64,000 nucleotides of DNA from the NCBI RefSeq assembly GCF_009914755.1, contig NC_060929.1. One strand, given 5' to 3'. A program made the position numbers and the translations under genes. How positions within the stretch are numbered: the first letter of the stretch is position 1; every line of letters begins with the position of its first letter. This DNA comes from the human T2T-CHM13v2.0 reference genome, Homo sapiens. The notes beneath the pieces were generated by a model, which searched no databases, was not told the DNA's origin, and worked only from the letters and a program-made list of their open reading frames with translations. This document shows positions 38,181 through 51,358 of the stretch, piece by piece.

Positions 38181-40664
38181 ATAGGTCAATGTGTAGATAA
38201 GAGATACTAATCATAATATTAACATATAGATATTTATGTACCTATGTAAGACTTTCTCTTCCACTAAAACAGATGAAGTAATTTATAATCTTTTGAATTA
38301 AGCAATCAATAGAATAATATCTGCAGAAACTCTTATCTTTCTGGACTGTTTAAAGGTACAAATCTAGAACCAAAGTCGCATATGTGATTTAAAACAAGCA
38401 GAAAATACATATTGGCAAAGGGCTTTCTTACATGAGGTATTACTGCTCTAGAAAATTGTCTACATTAATTTATAACTGTAAAAGGATCTCTGGCAATTAC
38501 ATTTATCCTATTCTCTTATTTTTCAGGTGTCTTTTGGGGATACATGTTATAAATCTTTTTTATTTCTCTATATAACCCTTCTTTCTTTTGGGTAACCTGA
38601 TAGTAATAACTAAGCCACAGGTGAAAGGTTTCTCAAGGTGTGGCTATTGTGTTCTCTTGACTAACTTCTACCTGCACTGTTTCCTTTTTACAGGGTGGCT
38701 CTTATGTGACTAATCTAGGCCACAATATATTATTTTTTTTAAGTTAGGTAAAAGTAAATGTCTCCAGACCTTTAACTATATAGTACTTTATTTGCTAAAT
38801 TATGCAAATCAATATACCCTAAATCAAATACATACCTCCTCTAAAGAGAGTTCCCCTTGGTTTTGAAACTCACTTTAACAAGCTATCAATCAGAGGCTGA
38901 TATTTAGAGGTAGCATAACTGATTGGTAGCAGTGGGATTTCTGGCCATTTTTAGTGATAACCACCGAAATACATGAGCAGGGTTTTTAAACCCTAGGAAG
39001 GAAAAAGCCTGACCAAAAACCCTGACAGATATATAATGCCATGATAGAAATGCTACTCATTATGTCATACCTAATAATCCACATGTACCTCATTACTCAG
39101 CTGTTTGTGTTACACCCTGTTGCCAAAGGAAGCTCCCTGCTTCTCCTCCTGATCCAGCAATTAATATGCATATCAGGCACAGTGGCCAGACTTCTACGGA
39201 GAAAGAGGAGGCAGGCAAGAGATCCATAGTCATAAAGACCTAGGCGAGTAATATTCTCAGCATTATTCAGGAATGTTTAGTTGCTTGCTCAAATTTATCA
39301 TTAACAAAGGGCCTATTTCCCAAAGGCTTCCACTGTGTAATTAGCAACAACAAATACTGCCCCTACTCCGGTTAACCTATGGGATTAGTTACAAAGGTTT
39401 TGTAAATTTCAGAAGATATCTACACAGATGTCGGGAGAGCACACACGCAAACACACAGTGCAGCATAATGGATGCAGCCATAGCCATTAAGTAGTTTAGG
39501 ATTTGTGAGACTCAGACAACGAATACATTTTATGGGGGAAGTCATAAAAGTCAGACAGGAAAAAATATACAGCATGAAAGTTGAAAACTTCTAGACAGCA
39601 TGTAAAAAGTACGGAGAAGTAGCAGGGGCAAAGGAAGAAACGTACCAAGTGGAGCTCATTGGTCTTAATAAATAGGACAAGGTCACCTGAGTTTACTTCT
39701 GGAACCAATAGAAATCCTGTAGTATCTAATTATTTTTGTAAAATGATTATTTTCATGCTTCTATTTACCATTGTCATTAGATAGGTTCATATTTCATTAG
39801 TCTGCTTACTAAAATGAAACTTTTCGTTTTATTTATGGAAGTTTTTATACTTCTCTAAGCCTGCTCCAAAAACATACAATTAAGCACTGCTAACCTGTTG
39901 ATCAGGAAAGTATACTATACCAAAAGAGATGCAAAGACATGTTAACCATTCATACTGATTGAAAGGGCTCAATTTAAGAAAGTAATTTTAATTTAGATTA
40001 AAAAATAATCTGTAAATGACAGAGTCTGGAATGACATTATGAATAAAAATTAAGGCTAATGACCTTATCTTAACCATAAATTACTTTAGTTTGTAGAGAT
40101 TTGTTCACACTTGGTAAGCAGCACTGTTCATTTCTTATGATGGGTATTCGTGTTTAAACAAGTTGGCAATTTTCAATTCAGAAGTCAAAATACTGTCTTA
40201 GTTGCCAACAAAAATAATTAATGAAACACTTCTAACCCCAGGGTAAATATGTAAGCAAGTGCATGGTAATGGATAATAAAAATAGCACTTCCTTTTACAT
40301 ATGGTGCTAATTAAAATCTGATCAGAGTAATAATTGAGCAGTGCCCAGGCTACCCTTGATTTTTCTTGTCAGGTTTCAATTGTTTGACACAAATGCACTG
40401 ACCTCAATAAATGAAAACACATTTAAAAAAAAAAAACAACCTAAATTATAGCTATCCTTATTCAGGCCAACAAGTGATTTACTGTCGCTGTGGGTTTTGA
40501 GGTTACTCGAGACATGGAAGTTTTCTAGGGAGCCACTCATTGCCACTGGTGTTCATGAACAAGAAGGCACCAGAAAGTCCATGAGACTTTCATTCAGAGG
40601 TTTTTCCCCACTGAATACACAACTCCCTCCCTATGCAAATTCCAATTAAAACAAAAGAATAATA

Positions 40665-40845
40665 TATTACCTAACCAGGGGTTGAATGAGTGTGTGACAG
40701 GCATTTTGCTAAGAGCTTTCCAGGTATTATCTCAAGTCTTCACAACATCCTGATGAAAAAGAATCATTACTGGTCCCATCACACTGACAAACTGAGTCTC
40801 AGACTCTGGCTCCAGAGCTCATGGTCTTAATTTGCTACACTATCT
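40665..40845 (-). mobile_element. MIR SINE (internally deleted)
   Basis: TGTGTGACAGGCATTTTGCTAAGAGCTTTCC...CTTCACAACATCCTG...CTGGCTCCAGAGCTCATGGTCTTAA. Confidence 0.65.
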
Positions 40846-41449
40846 TAAAGTAATGGAAAAAATGCACACCAGTATATTTTAAAAAACTAAAAAAGGAAAG
40901 AAGATTCTGAGTACAATACTCGTACTCTCCGAAATTACCCTTTTTCAAAAAGAAAGATTAAATACCAAAACTCAATTGAAATCATACTGATTTAATTCTA
41001 CAATGTGATGTCTAAAACCTCTAAGTACCTGCTTATATAAGTAAAAACAAGTCATGAGAAAATAAGAATAATACATATTTCCATGTCCCAAGTGCCCCAC
41101 CAATATGCTTCATATTCACAAAGCTCTAGTTAAAATGGGAAAAGCCAACAGATTACTATTTTAATATGAATGCTTAATGAAATATATACTAATACTCACA
41201 TTCAATTTTTCCATAAATCAATGTATTGCTAAAACAGTATACACTTTTATCCACTCAATAGTCATTACTTTTATTTAAAATTAAATTCAACTGTATTTTG
41301 TATCTACCTACAACTTCTTGCCCTGTGAAGGGGTACAAAGATGTATCAAAGATGCTCTCTGCTTCTAAGAAATTGTTTATTAACTGGCACAAGAAATAGC
41401 ATCAACTATAATATCTGGTAGAGTGTAAAAAAGGGTAGAGTTCAAGTTC

Positions 41450-42530
41450 CTAAAAATGTTAATGCGCCAGGCTATACGTAAAGCGCTGGCCTAGGCACTA
41501 TATGGATCAAGACTAAAGACACAGGCACTGTCCTCAGGAGCATTCTAGTGGAGAGGGGAGGTATCCAATACACCAATTACGTGAATACCTGGCTTCCTTT
41601 CTTAAGTGTATAAAAAGCAAATAAAGCCTTAAAGACTGCTTCACAGAGCTCTCCATGAGCAGGGCTGGGGATACACAGAAGCCAGGGAAAACAGATACAA
41701 GACTCTTGCAGTCAGCGGTCCCAGAAAGACAAAATGAGGGCTTGTCCAAAGGCCTTGTACTGGGAGTGAAGGCAAGTGGAAGGAACGAGCAATGGGGACA
41801 AACAGGTCTCAAAGGGTGGGTGACTGCCTAGAAATGAGCAGAAGGAGAACTTGGAAATAACAGGTCTGAACAAAGAGACAGCTTTATATGACAGAATAAA
41901 TAAGAAGTATGTTAGGTAGACAAGAGAAATAGATGTGGTCACTGACTTGTGGAGCCTGAGGAGCTGGCAGGGGACATTCAGCATAAATTTACTGAGCTCC
42001 TATTACATAGCAGGCACTGTTCTAGGATCCAGAGGTACAAGAGTGAACAAAACAAACTAAGAGGTGTGCAGCAAGCAACAGGGTAAAGTTAGACTCTCCT
42101 GCTGACAGGCAAAAGCCAGAAATACAGACTGAGAAGTGTCAACTGCAAATGAGAAAAACCCTCGGTTCTCCTGTATTCAGGAGAGTTTCAAGAAGAGAGA
42201 AGAGAGGCTACAACACTGAATACAGGAGTGAGTTGGGGAAACAATCTGGCTGGATGAGAACTGAACTTAACCGATTTGACATTTCTGTGACTGTTGAGAT
42301 GGCCTTCTCCATCGCACTGGGCCAGGATCCAGCAGGAGGAGATCACAGCAAGTGTGCCTTTGAGAAGTTTGTTATTAAAATGAAATAAAGGATGGTATTT
42401 TGATACATAGTTCTCTGAGAATACAGAGAAAGTAGTGATTCATTCTGACCAGGAGATCTGGGAATGCTGATGGTTGGCAGTGAGGATGTCCTCTGTTTTT
42501 GAACAATAAATGCAGGAAAAGAAACTGAAA
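41450..42530 (-). mobile_element. Cluster of L2 fragments
   Basis: Clearest at 41975-42055 (CATTCAGCATAAATTTACTGAGCTCCTATTACATAGCAGGCACTGTTCTAGG...GTGAACAAAACA); flanking purine-rich L2-like sequence. Confidence 0.55.
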
Positions 42531-42534
42531 AGAA

Positions 42535-42858
<324 letters not shown>

Positions 42859-42976
42859 TCAGGGTTACAATAAGGTCTCATTACAATACAGCTTTAAACA
42901 TTAGAAAACAAACACTGTCTTGTGTAATCATACACTTCTAAGTTAGACATATTTCTGAACAAGATAAAATGTGCTA

Positions 42977-43299
<323 letters not shown>

Positions 43300-43760
43300 T
43301 TAAATTAGGCAAATATACTTATCTGTTATTTAAGACTAAAAACCTGATTTCTTGGTCCTCCATCTAGAAAATAGTCTGTTTTAAGACAAGGAAATAGTTC
43401 TTGTTTAAACTAGAGAATGAGAAGTCTGTCAGACACATGGCCCCACTCTTGCTCCAAGTCCTTCTCACCTATTCTCAGATAAGACCCAGATCTTGGGAAA
43501 CAAATTAAGGGCGCATCTGCTGGATTGGACCTAGCTGCACTGGGAGTTGCCAGAGTGCTCTGAGCAGCATCAGGAATTCCTCTGGGCCTTGTCGTGATAT
43601 CATTTGCGCAATGTAGCCTGTGATGGCAGAAAATTAAGCTGGTATTTATACAGGGTATTAGAGAAGGACCCTCCCTGCACCAGGCTTAAAGTGACAAAAT
43701 GTCAGCCTCAATCATCCCACAGGCTTTGGTCTCCCTCTGTAACCTCTTTCTTTTTGGCTG

Positions 43761-43791
43761 CTCTCTCTCTCTCTCTCTGTCTCTCTCTCTG

Positions 43792-43861
<70 letters not shown>

Positions 43862-43895
43862 CATATATACACATACACACACACACACATACATA
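43761..43895 (+). repeat. Compound microsatellite (CT)n-(TA)n-(CA)n
   Basis: CT/CTCTGT run 43761-43830, TA run 43831-43857, mixed CA/TA to about 43895. Confidence 0.97.
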
Positions 43896-45564
43896 TGACA
43901 CTAACAGAAAAATAAATTGAAAAGAGCACTGAGGCAGAGTGTATTTCACGCACTGGTGCCAATGTTTCATATCTCATGAACCTCGGGAAAACAATTCGTA
44001 GAACTAATTAGTTTACAGTGTTTAAGCAGCTTGTTCCTCGTCTTTAATCTTCTTTATGTAATAGTGTGAACAAAGCCATATTATCTTCTGATTTTTTTAT
44101 ACAGTTTAACAAATATAATCTCCCTTTTCTTTCCAGAGATTACTTCATTTAGACATCAAACTATGTTGTTGTTGTTTTTTTCCCCTGGGGAGAGGGGATA
44201 TAAATAAATTGACATCTATTCACATAGGTCTCAATGGTCTACCAGATCCACCCAGGCCCTAATCCTCTTTGTTGTCATGGAATCCACCTGGCTTAATTAT
44301 ATTTACAGTTTTCAACGACACCACATGGCATGCAGGTTTTCCCTGAACTCTGCACATCTTCCCGAATCCTAGCTATAAGTCACACTCCAGCTGCTGTATC
44401 CGTCTCGGATTCTAGACGGTGACAAGGCACTCTTGCCTGAAACTCAGCATCAGGTCCTCAAAGAATAGAGCCTGGATAAATCTCCCCTCCAGTATTTTTA
44501 TAGCCTACTAAAAGAACATGATTTAAGAGAACTCCTGACCTAAAGCCAGGGGATGGGAAATAGATACATATGTGTACAAATTAGTTGGGTGGTCAGGGGA
44601 GCAAAGAAGAACAAGATACTTAACTTACAAAAGTTTTATCTTAAAATACTGCTCACAAGTATGACTTTTAAGAGAAATTGAACTTTTTGTGCTTTCTGAT
44701 TCTAGATAAATATTTAGTTGCTAAGCTGCTGGAATGCTATGAGATACATTTTGGGTAGAGTCAAACTGAAATCCAAGAACTGGGTAAGGCTAGTGTTGAA
44801 GTAATTATTATTCATCTGGTGGGTGATGCTGCACACAAATAACTACTTGCACTGCTAAGGATTTGGAGCAGAGTTACTCCCTGAGAGAGACACTTTTCAG
44901 GTGGCAGAAACCTACCTCAGACTTTTATTTATACACTGGAATCCACATTATTAAAGAATTTTACAGTCTTGGAAAAACACAGGACTTGGTGCAAACTTTC
45001 ATTTTGCTTGCCTGAGAACTGTGTACTGTCCCATGGTACCCATCTGCCTTAAAGTTCACTCTGTCCTTAATTGTCAAACAGATTCATGGTAACTCCTAAT
45101 TAGTGCAAAACAGGTAACACAGCTGCGACTCTGCAACTGCTGAACACCTTTAGCATCTATATCAAGCTAAGCTCAGGAGCCCTCTCTGCTCTCTCCCAAG
45201 GTTAATGGTTTCGAGTCTTCTGAGAATTATGGAGTAGGTGCCCACAGTGAGAGAGGGCGCCTGGTTCTCCAAGCCGCTGTTCCCACTACTAATAGAGTCA
45301 GCATAAGAAGCAGCCAGTTTCCAGCAACGGTAACAATGGAGAAATTTCTCTTACTGCACAGCTGCCAAATAACTTTGAGGATCTGATTCAGAACTAACAT
45401 GGAAGATTTAAATGGATCCATTGCAACAGACGTTTTGCATGTTGGCACACTGGAATTAGAGGAACTAATCAGAGCCAGAGTGGTACCAGATGGTCTCTTG
45501 AGAATTCTTCTGAGTTTAAGATATGTGAGCCAATGAGACAAACTGTATAATTGCCCAAGATTTT

Positions 45565-45755
45565 ACTCTAAGAGCACTGGCACTGGGAGTAAGACCACTA
45601 GGAAACTCAGCTCTGCCACTTTCCAGCTGTAGGACTTCAGGCAAATTAATTAAATAGGATGGTGGTGAAGAATTAAGTGAGATACTGTATCTAACACTCA
45701 GGGTACCTAGGTAGAGCACAGGGAAGATGAGGAGCTGTTAACTGTGATAGTTATG
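45565..45755 (+). mobile_element. MIR SINE (internally deleted)
   Basis: TAAGAGCACTGGCACTGGGAGTAAGAC...CAGCTCTGCCACTTTCCAGCTGTAGGACTTCAGGCAAATTA. Confidence 0.65.
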
Positions 45756-45922
45756 ATTTTGTATTTTTTTTTTTTAGATTTCTGAGTTGAGGAATATTTG
45801 CAAGCAGGTACAGTAATTACCCAATTCAGATGTTTATAGAAAAAGAAACACATCTTAAAAATAAAGGTACCACAAAAAACAAGAAGTAGAAAATTGGAAG
45901 ATGGAGAGATGAAAGAAAAATG

Positions 45923-46071
45923 AAGAAATTTCAGAGAAAAATGAAAAAACAAAGCAGATTTTAAAAAGAAAAAGAAAAAAAGGTAGGAAATACAAATTAA
46001 GAAATTTCAGAGAAAAATGAAAAAACAAAGCAGATTTTTTTAAAAAAAGAAAAAAGGTAGGAAATACAAAT
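45923..46071. repeat. Two-copy tandem duplication, unit about 75 bp
   Basis: AAGAAATTTCAGAGAAAAATGAAAAAACAAAGCAGATTTT...AAGGTAGGAAATACAAAT occurs at 45923-45998 and 45999-46071. Confidence 0.95.
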
Positions 46072-47481
46072 CTAAGAGGAGGGTTTGAATTCCTAATCCT
46101 GTTCTTTTTCCTTGCACTTCTATTCAAATCCCTTTTCTGCATCTCAACTTTTGTCTGCACTAGATGGTCCAATTCTAGCCAGACTTCAACTTGTAGCAGT
46201 CCCAAGGTAGAAATGACTAGAAAAAAGAAAGTTCCCTCTTAGCTATGAAGAATGAAAAACATTAAAATGCAAATTCAATGTAAAAAAGAAAGCAAGACTA
46301 TACACACATTTCACAGTAGCAAATTCTCAGGCAGAAGTGGAAGCCAGCAAGTAACCCCCTGAGGTGTGCTAGTGTAACTGTTTCAAGTTTTGGGGATGAC
46401 AGATAAACAGCAAGTCCTATTACTACTGAATGAATCTCTCTCTCTCTCTCTTTTTTTCTCTGGGAAGAAAATGTTTGTGATAGAATTGGTCCTTGAGAAA
46501 GAGTGAATTGATCTGTTAGCTTTCTGTGCTGGACCAGAAATAATTATTGCCATACCTACTTCCTATGGATTATGTTCAAAAGTTAGAGATACTCACTTAT
46601 TCTGTCTTTATGCTATGGGGAACTAATCGGAACTGGGGTTTGCTTCACTGACTCTCACTTATTTTAAAAGTCAGGCTTAGTAGGAAAGAAAAAGTCAAAG
46701 AGATTGACCAAGAAAGGATGAAATGTTCGGTCTAGGTAAACAAACACTGTCTCAGATAAAGTTCTCCACGGGTCTCGACCTCACCTTCTACTGCGTATGA
46801 ATTCATTTTACAATGTTCGTTTTTTTTAAGCTAGATCTTTGTGTGCTTATTTTCAACAGGGGATGACAATTGATTTGTTTTCTATTGAACCTCGCCAACT
46901 GGATACTGAAGCGAGCACGGCATATTTAGATGCCCTTAAACTTTCAGGTTCACCTTTAAAACGTGCCAAGACAATGTCATGTTGAGGGTAAATGTGCAAT
47001 TTTCACTAGGCTGAGACGAGAAATGAGTGTCTCGCAGGTGAAATGACATTAAAGGCGTTACAGTAAAACAGAGACCAATCCTTATTGATTCATTTTAACT
47101 CAAATAAAATTCCAATAATTTGATGGACATGAAATAGCAAACAAAGGAAAAAACAAATCAGATGATTCCTGAGTGTGTGTGAAAGAGCACCCAGGCCCTG
47201 CTAGAAAAAAGCCACACTGCCAAATTCAACCCTATGTATATTCACAGGCACTTATTTAGCCTACCGGCTTCTCCTTCAGGAGTAGGACTGGTAAGGAACT
47301 TTAAAAGCTAAAAGATATGGAAGATACAACCTAATCAGGTTCAGGTAGCTAGAGAAACAAGACACACCCATAAGAAAGAACTTATGATGATAATTCTAAA
47401 AAAAAATGCATAACTACATAGTGGAGAGTGGTTCGGGTAACTTATGGAAATCCTGAGGCTATAAAAGATAAAAGAAAGACA

Positions 47482-47799
47482 TCAGTTTATAGAGTTCACC
47501 CATATCTAACTTTCTTCTCCTTCTGGGCGTATGAGAGTATTATACCTCTCTACTACCTTAGAGTTAGGCAGAGTTGTGGGCGGAAGGAACATGAGTCACT
47601 TTTGGGCTGAAGCAAGACTCTTCAGTGTTCTCTTATGTGGTGGTTTGTGTTGAGATGACAAAACCACAAGACTGAAGAGGCCTCTATCATTGAGTCACAC
47701 ACAGATAATAGTTACCTGCCTTAATAAACTCTGTCAAACCCCTGAGATCCTGGGGCTGTTTGTTACTGCAGCACAATATATTCTGTCCTGACAAATATA
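47482..47799 (+). mobile_element. MaLR solo LTR, MLT1J/MLT1I-like
   Basis: 3' end AATAAACTCTGTCAAACCCCTGAGATCCTGGGGCTGTTTGTTACTGCAGCA...TCCTGACAAATATA; 5' part GTTCACC...TTCTCCTTCTGGGC. Confidence 0.7.
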
Positions 47800-47879
47800 G
47801 ATACCAAGGCAGGGAGGAGCTAGAGAAAGTTACTATGAAAAGAATTTTAGGGTCTCCTCAGTGTATTTATACTTTAGTT

Positions 47880-48447
47880 TCCTTCCCCCTTTGGCTGACC
47901 TGTCTGCCTCCAATATCTCTCAAATACTCCACATTGCTGCTAGAGCATTCTAAGACCTACATCTGTTCACATCTCTGTTTGAACTTCAAATGGAATCGCC
48001 TGGCACAAAAGATAAAGAACAACTTCCTTAGCATAGGGTCAAGGCCCATGGTATCTGGCTCTGTTTCCCAATGTTATTTTTGCCCACTAGTTCCCATCCT
48101 GTATTCCTGCCGTCAGCACTCTGATTGAGCCACATTCTGCTCTGCCTCCATGAACTGGGACACACTGCTGTGCCTGTAATGGCCCCCACTCCCTCTTCCC
48201 CCCGGGTGAACACCTAACCAACTTCTGGCAGGATTCACTTCCTCTGTGAGGCCTTCAGCTCCTCTCTCCTCCCTCAGCACTTTGTGCATTCTGTTACAAA
48301 ACACTGTTCCTTAAAAACTTTGTTTAATCCCCTTCCAATGGATAGTGAGTTGCTCAAGGCAGTGAGTGATTCACTTTTGTTTCCCCCAGAGCATCTAGCA
48401 CAGTATCTGACAAGCAGTTAGTATTTGCAGAAATAATGAATGAATAA
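47880..48447 (+). mobile_element. L2 3' fragment
   Basis: CTTCCTTAGCATAGGGTCAAGGCCC...CACTTCCTCTGTGAGGCCTTC...CCCCAGAGCATCTAGCACAGTATCTGACA...AATGAATGAATAAA. Confidence 0.75.
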
Positions 48448-48659
48448 AGGAAAGAAGGAATATCTGCATGGCTGTGTCCATGAGAGTATTAGGCAGATGA
48501 CAGGGGCAGAGTAGAGGTTTGTTGGATAGAAGTAAAATGTAAATGTAAGCAGCCAGCAGGTGTCAAATTACAAAGAATGAGAATTTTTCACTTGATCCAA
48601 AAGGTAATAGGGAATCATGATAACTTCATGAGCAGCAAAATGATAATTTTGTTCAGCCC

Positions 48660-48826
48660 TGTAGCACCTTGTGCCTTGAATGTCAGCTATGTTTATGCCA
48701 ATCTTATTCCCCCTTGGACTGTAAAGCTCCTTGAAAACAGGGTTTGTGTCCTAATCATATTTGTATCCCCTATAGCAACAAGCACAGTGTTTGTATAACA
48801 GGTGCCAACAAATATTTGCTGAATTT
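48660..48826 (+). mobile_element. L2 3' end fragment, probably nested in an antisense L2
   Basis: GGACTGTAAAGCTCCTTGAAAACAGGG...TTTGTATCCCC...CAAATATTTGCTGAAT. Confidence 0.7.
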
Positions 48827-49480
48827 AATTTTACAAAGATTACTCCCTATGCGATGAGGCTGGATAGACCAGCTAGCAGACTACTGTATTATATCCAACA
48901 TTACATGGGAAATGGACTTAAAGGGGAGTATTGCCTATGGAAATGTGAAAATAGAAATCTAAGATGGTCTAATATTCCAGTCAGCAGCCTTTAGGGTCTC
49001 TAATATCAATTAATGTTTTGAGCCTGGGGTCCCAGAAAAATGGTGGTCTATTTAAAACACAAATGTTGAGAGGAAGATTTGCTTTTCTCAGGGAGTACAT
49101 GAGTCCCATGTGGGAGATAACAAAAGAAAATATACTAGAGCTAAAAGCAGCTAGAAATACTAACCGCTGTATACAAATGTTATCTTATCCCCCATCTTGC
49201 GGCTTAGTTCAATTTTTTTATTGATTGATTGATTCATTCACTCACTCATTGGTTTTATTTTTGTAAATTTCTTACATTGTATAAAGTAATGTTTCTGAAG
49301 TTTATTCAAGTCTATTTAGATTATTGTCTGTTTCACATTAATCCCCAAAGTCAAAGACGGTGAGTGAAGTAAAGAAATGATGTGCTAGACTCTTCTGCTT
49401 TGGGTTTCCCAGATATCTCTAGTTATTCTCTATCAGAAAGGGTTTGCAGGGGCTTCCTCTTGTTGAAGTACCCTTTTTAA

Positions 49481-49953
<473 letters not shown>

Positions 49954-50071
49954 ACAAAAAAACCTCTTTTAAGATACTGTCCAAAGCCTGTACCTGAGGG
50001 ATTCAGTGTTATACCTCCCAAAATAAAATATGGATTTAAAATTCAAGGTATATATAATAGGTTATCAATAA

Positions 50072-50449
<378 letters not shown>

Positions 50450-50737
50450 TAAACCAAACTTAACAGATTAAAATTTTCTGTGGGTTAATGTTAAAATCAT
50501 ACCTAAAAAAGTTTTAGTCCAATGTGAACCTAAGTTCACATTCTAAAAGGTACCTGGAACCTCAGGTGCCTTCACTGGACCCTAAAGCTTCCAAGCATTT
50601 TGTGATTGATTTGACCCCACCTACCCCCCCCACCAAGATCTAACACTAATGTTTCATTCCTGCAACTGAACATTATCAGTTTTTCATATCATTTATTTGT
50701 GGCAAAATGAGAAAACATATCCATAGCAAGGACTATG

Positions 50738-51205
50738 TACAGGAAAGTTCTCTGAGTGGCCTTGCACTGACTCAGTTATGCTCTTTCTTGCTTGTAGCTC
50801 TCAAGAATAACTGTACCAGTGTGCTAGGAATGCAACATCCTGAGATAAGAGGGGACCTGGCTGAAACAGCTGGACTTAGTTCCAATGTCCCCAGAACAGG
50901 ATGTCCTTCAACACTTTAGCCCAGAAGATCTCATGACTCAGGGTATAAAACCCAGGGTGGGTGGATCTCCAGGGTCCCTCAGCTGGGGTACAAGTGGGGC
51001 ATGCAGGGACAAGATTCCATCTTTCCTTGGCAGCTTGCTTGAACCATGGGGGACCAGCTAGCTAGCAATTAATTCTAGGATTATGTTATTCCTTGATGCC
51101 TATCTATAGATAATAAACCCGCTTTGTATAACTTGTGTGCTTGGGTGTTCTGTCTCACTAGACTCAGAGAAGTTGGTAACCAGTGCATAGTGAACTTGCT
51201 TCACA
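50738..51205 (+). mobile_element. ERV solo LTR, LTR47-like
   Basis: 5-bp TSD CTATG at 50733-50737 and 51206-51210; ends ...TTCACA; TATA box GGGTATAAAA at 50941-50950; AATAAA at 51112-51117; CTCAAGAATAACTGTA...GGAATGCAACATCCTGAGATA resembles the recalled LTR47 consensus. Confidence 0.75.
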
Positions 51206-51212
51206 CTATGTC

Positions 51213-51358
51213 ATTTATTTGTTTATTTATTTATGTATTTTAGTGACCTGATCTTCCTATGGTGCCCAGGTTAGACTCCAACTCCCTAGCTCATGGGATC
51301 CTCCTGCCTCCACCTCCCAAGTAGCTGAGACTACAGGTGCACGTTACCATGCCCAGCT
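51213..51358 (-). mobile_element. FLAM (FLAM_A-like) monomer with (TTTA)n tail
   Basis: GATCCTCCTGCCTCCACCTCCCAAGTAGCTGAGACTACAGGTGCAC...CATGCCCAGC; single arm only. Confidence 0.8.

Noticed and set aside
43604-43977. ORFs with SLSLSL/ERERER/YIYIYI runs
   Set aside because: Translations of the compound microsatellite.
45227-45541. 104-aa - strand ORF in unique sequence, and a CTCF-like AGAGGGCGC at about 45252
   Set aside because: Non-ATG start and no recognisable domain; the CTCF match lacks the 5' CC(A/G) half of the core.
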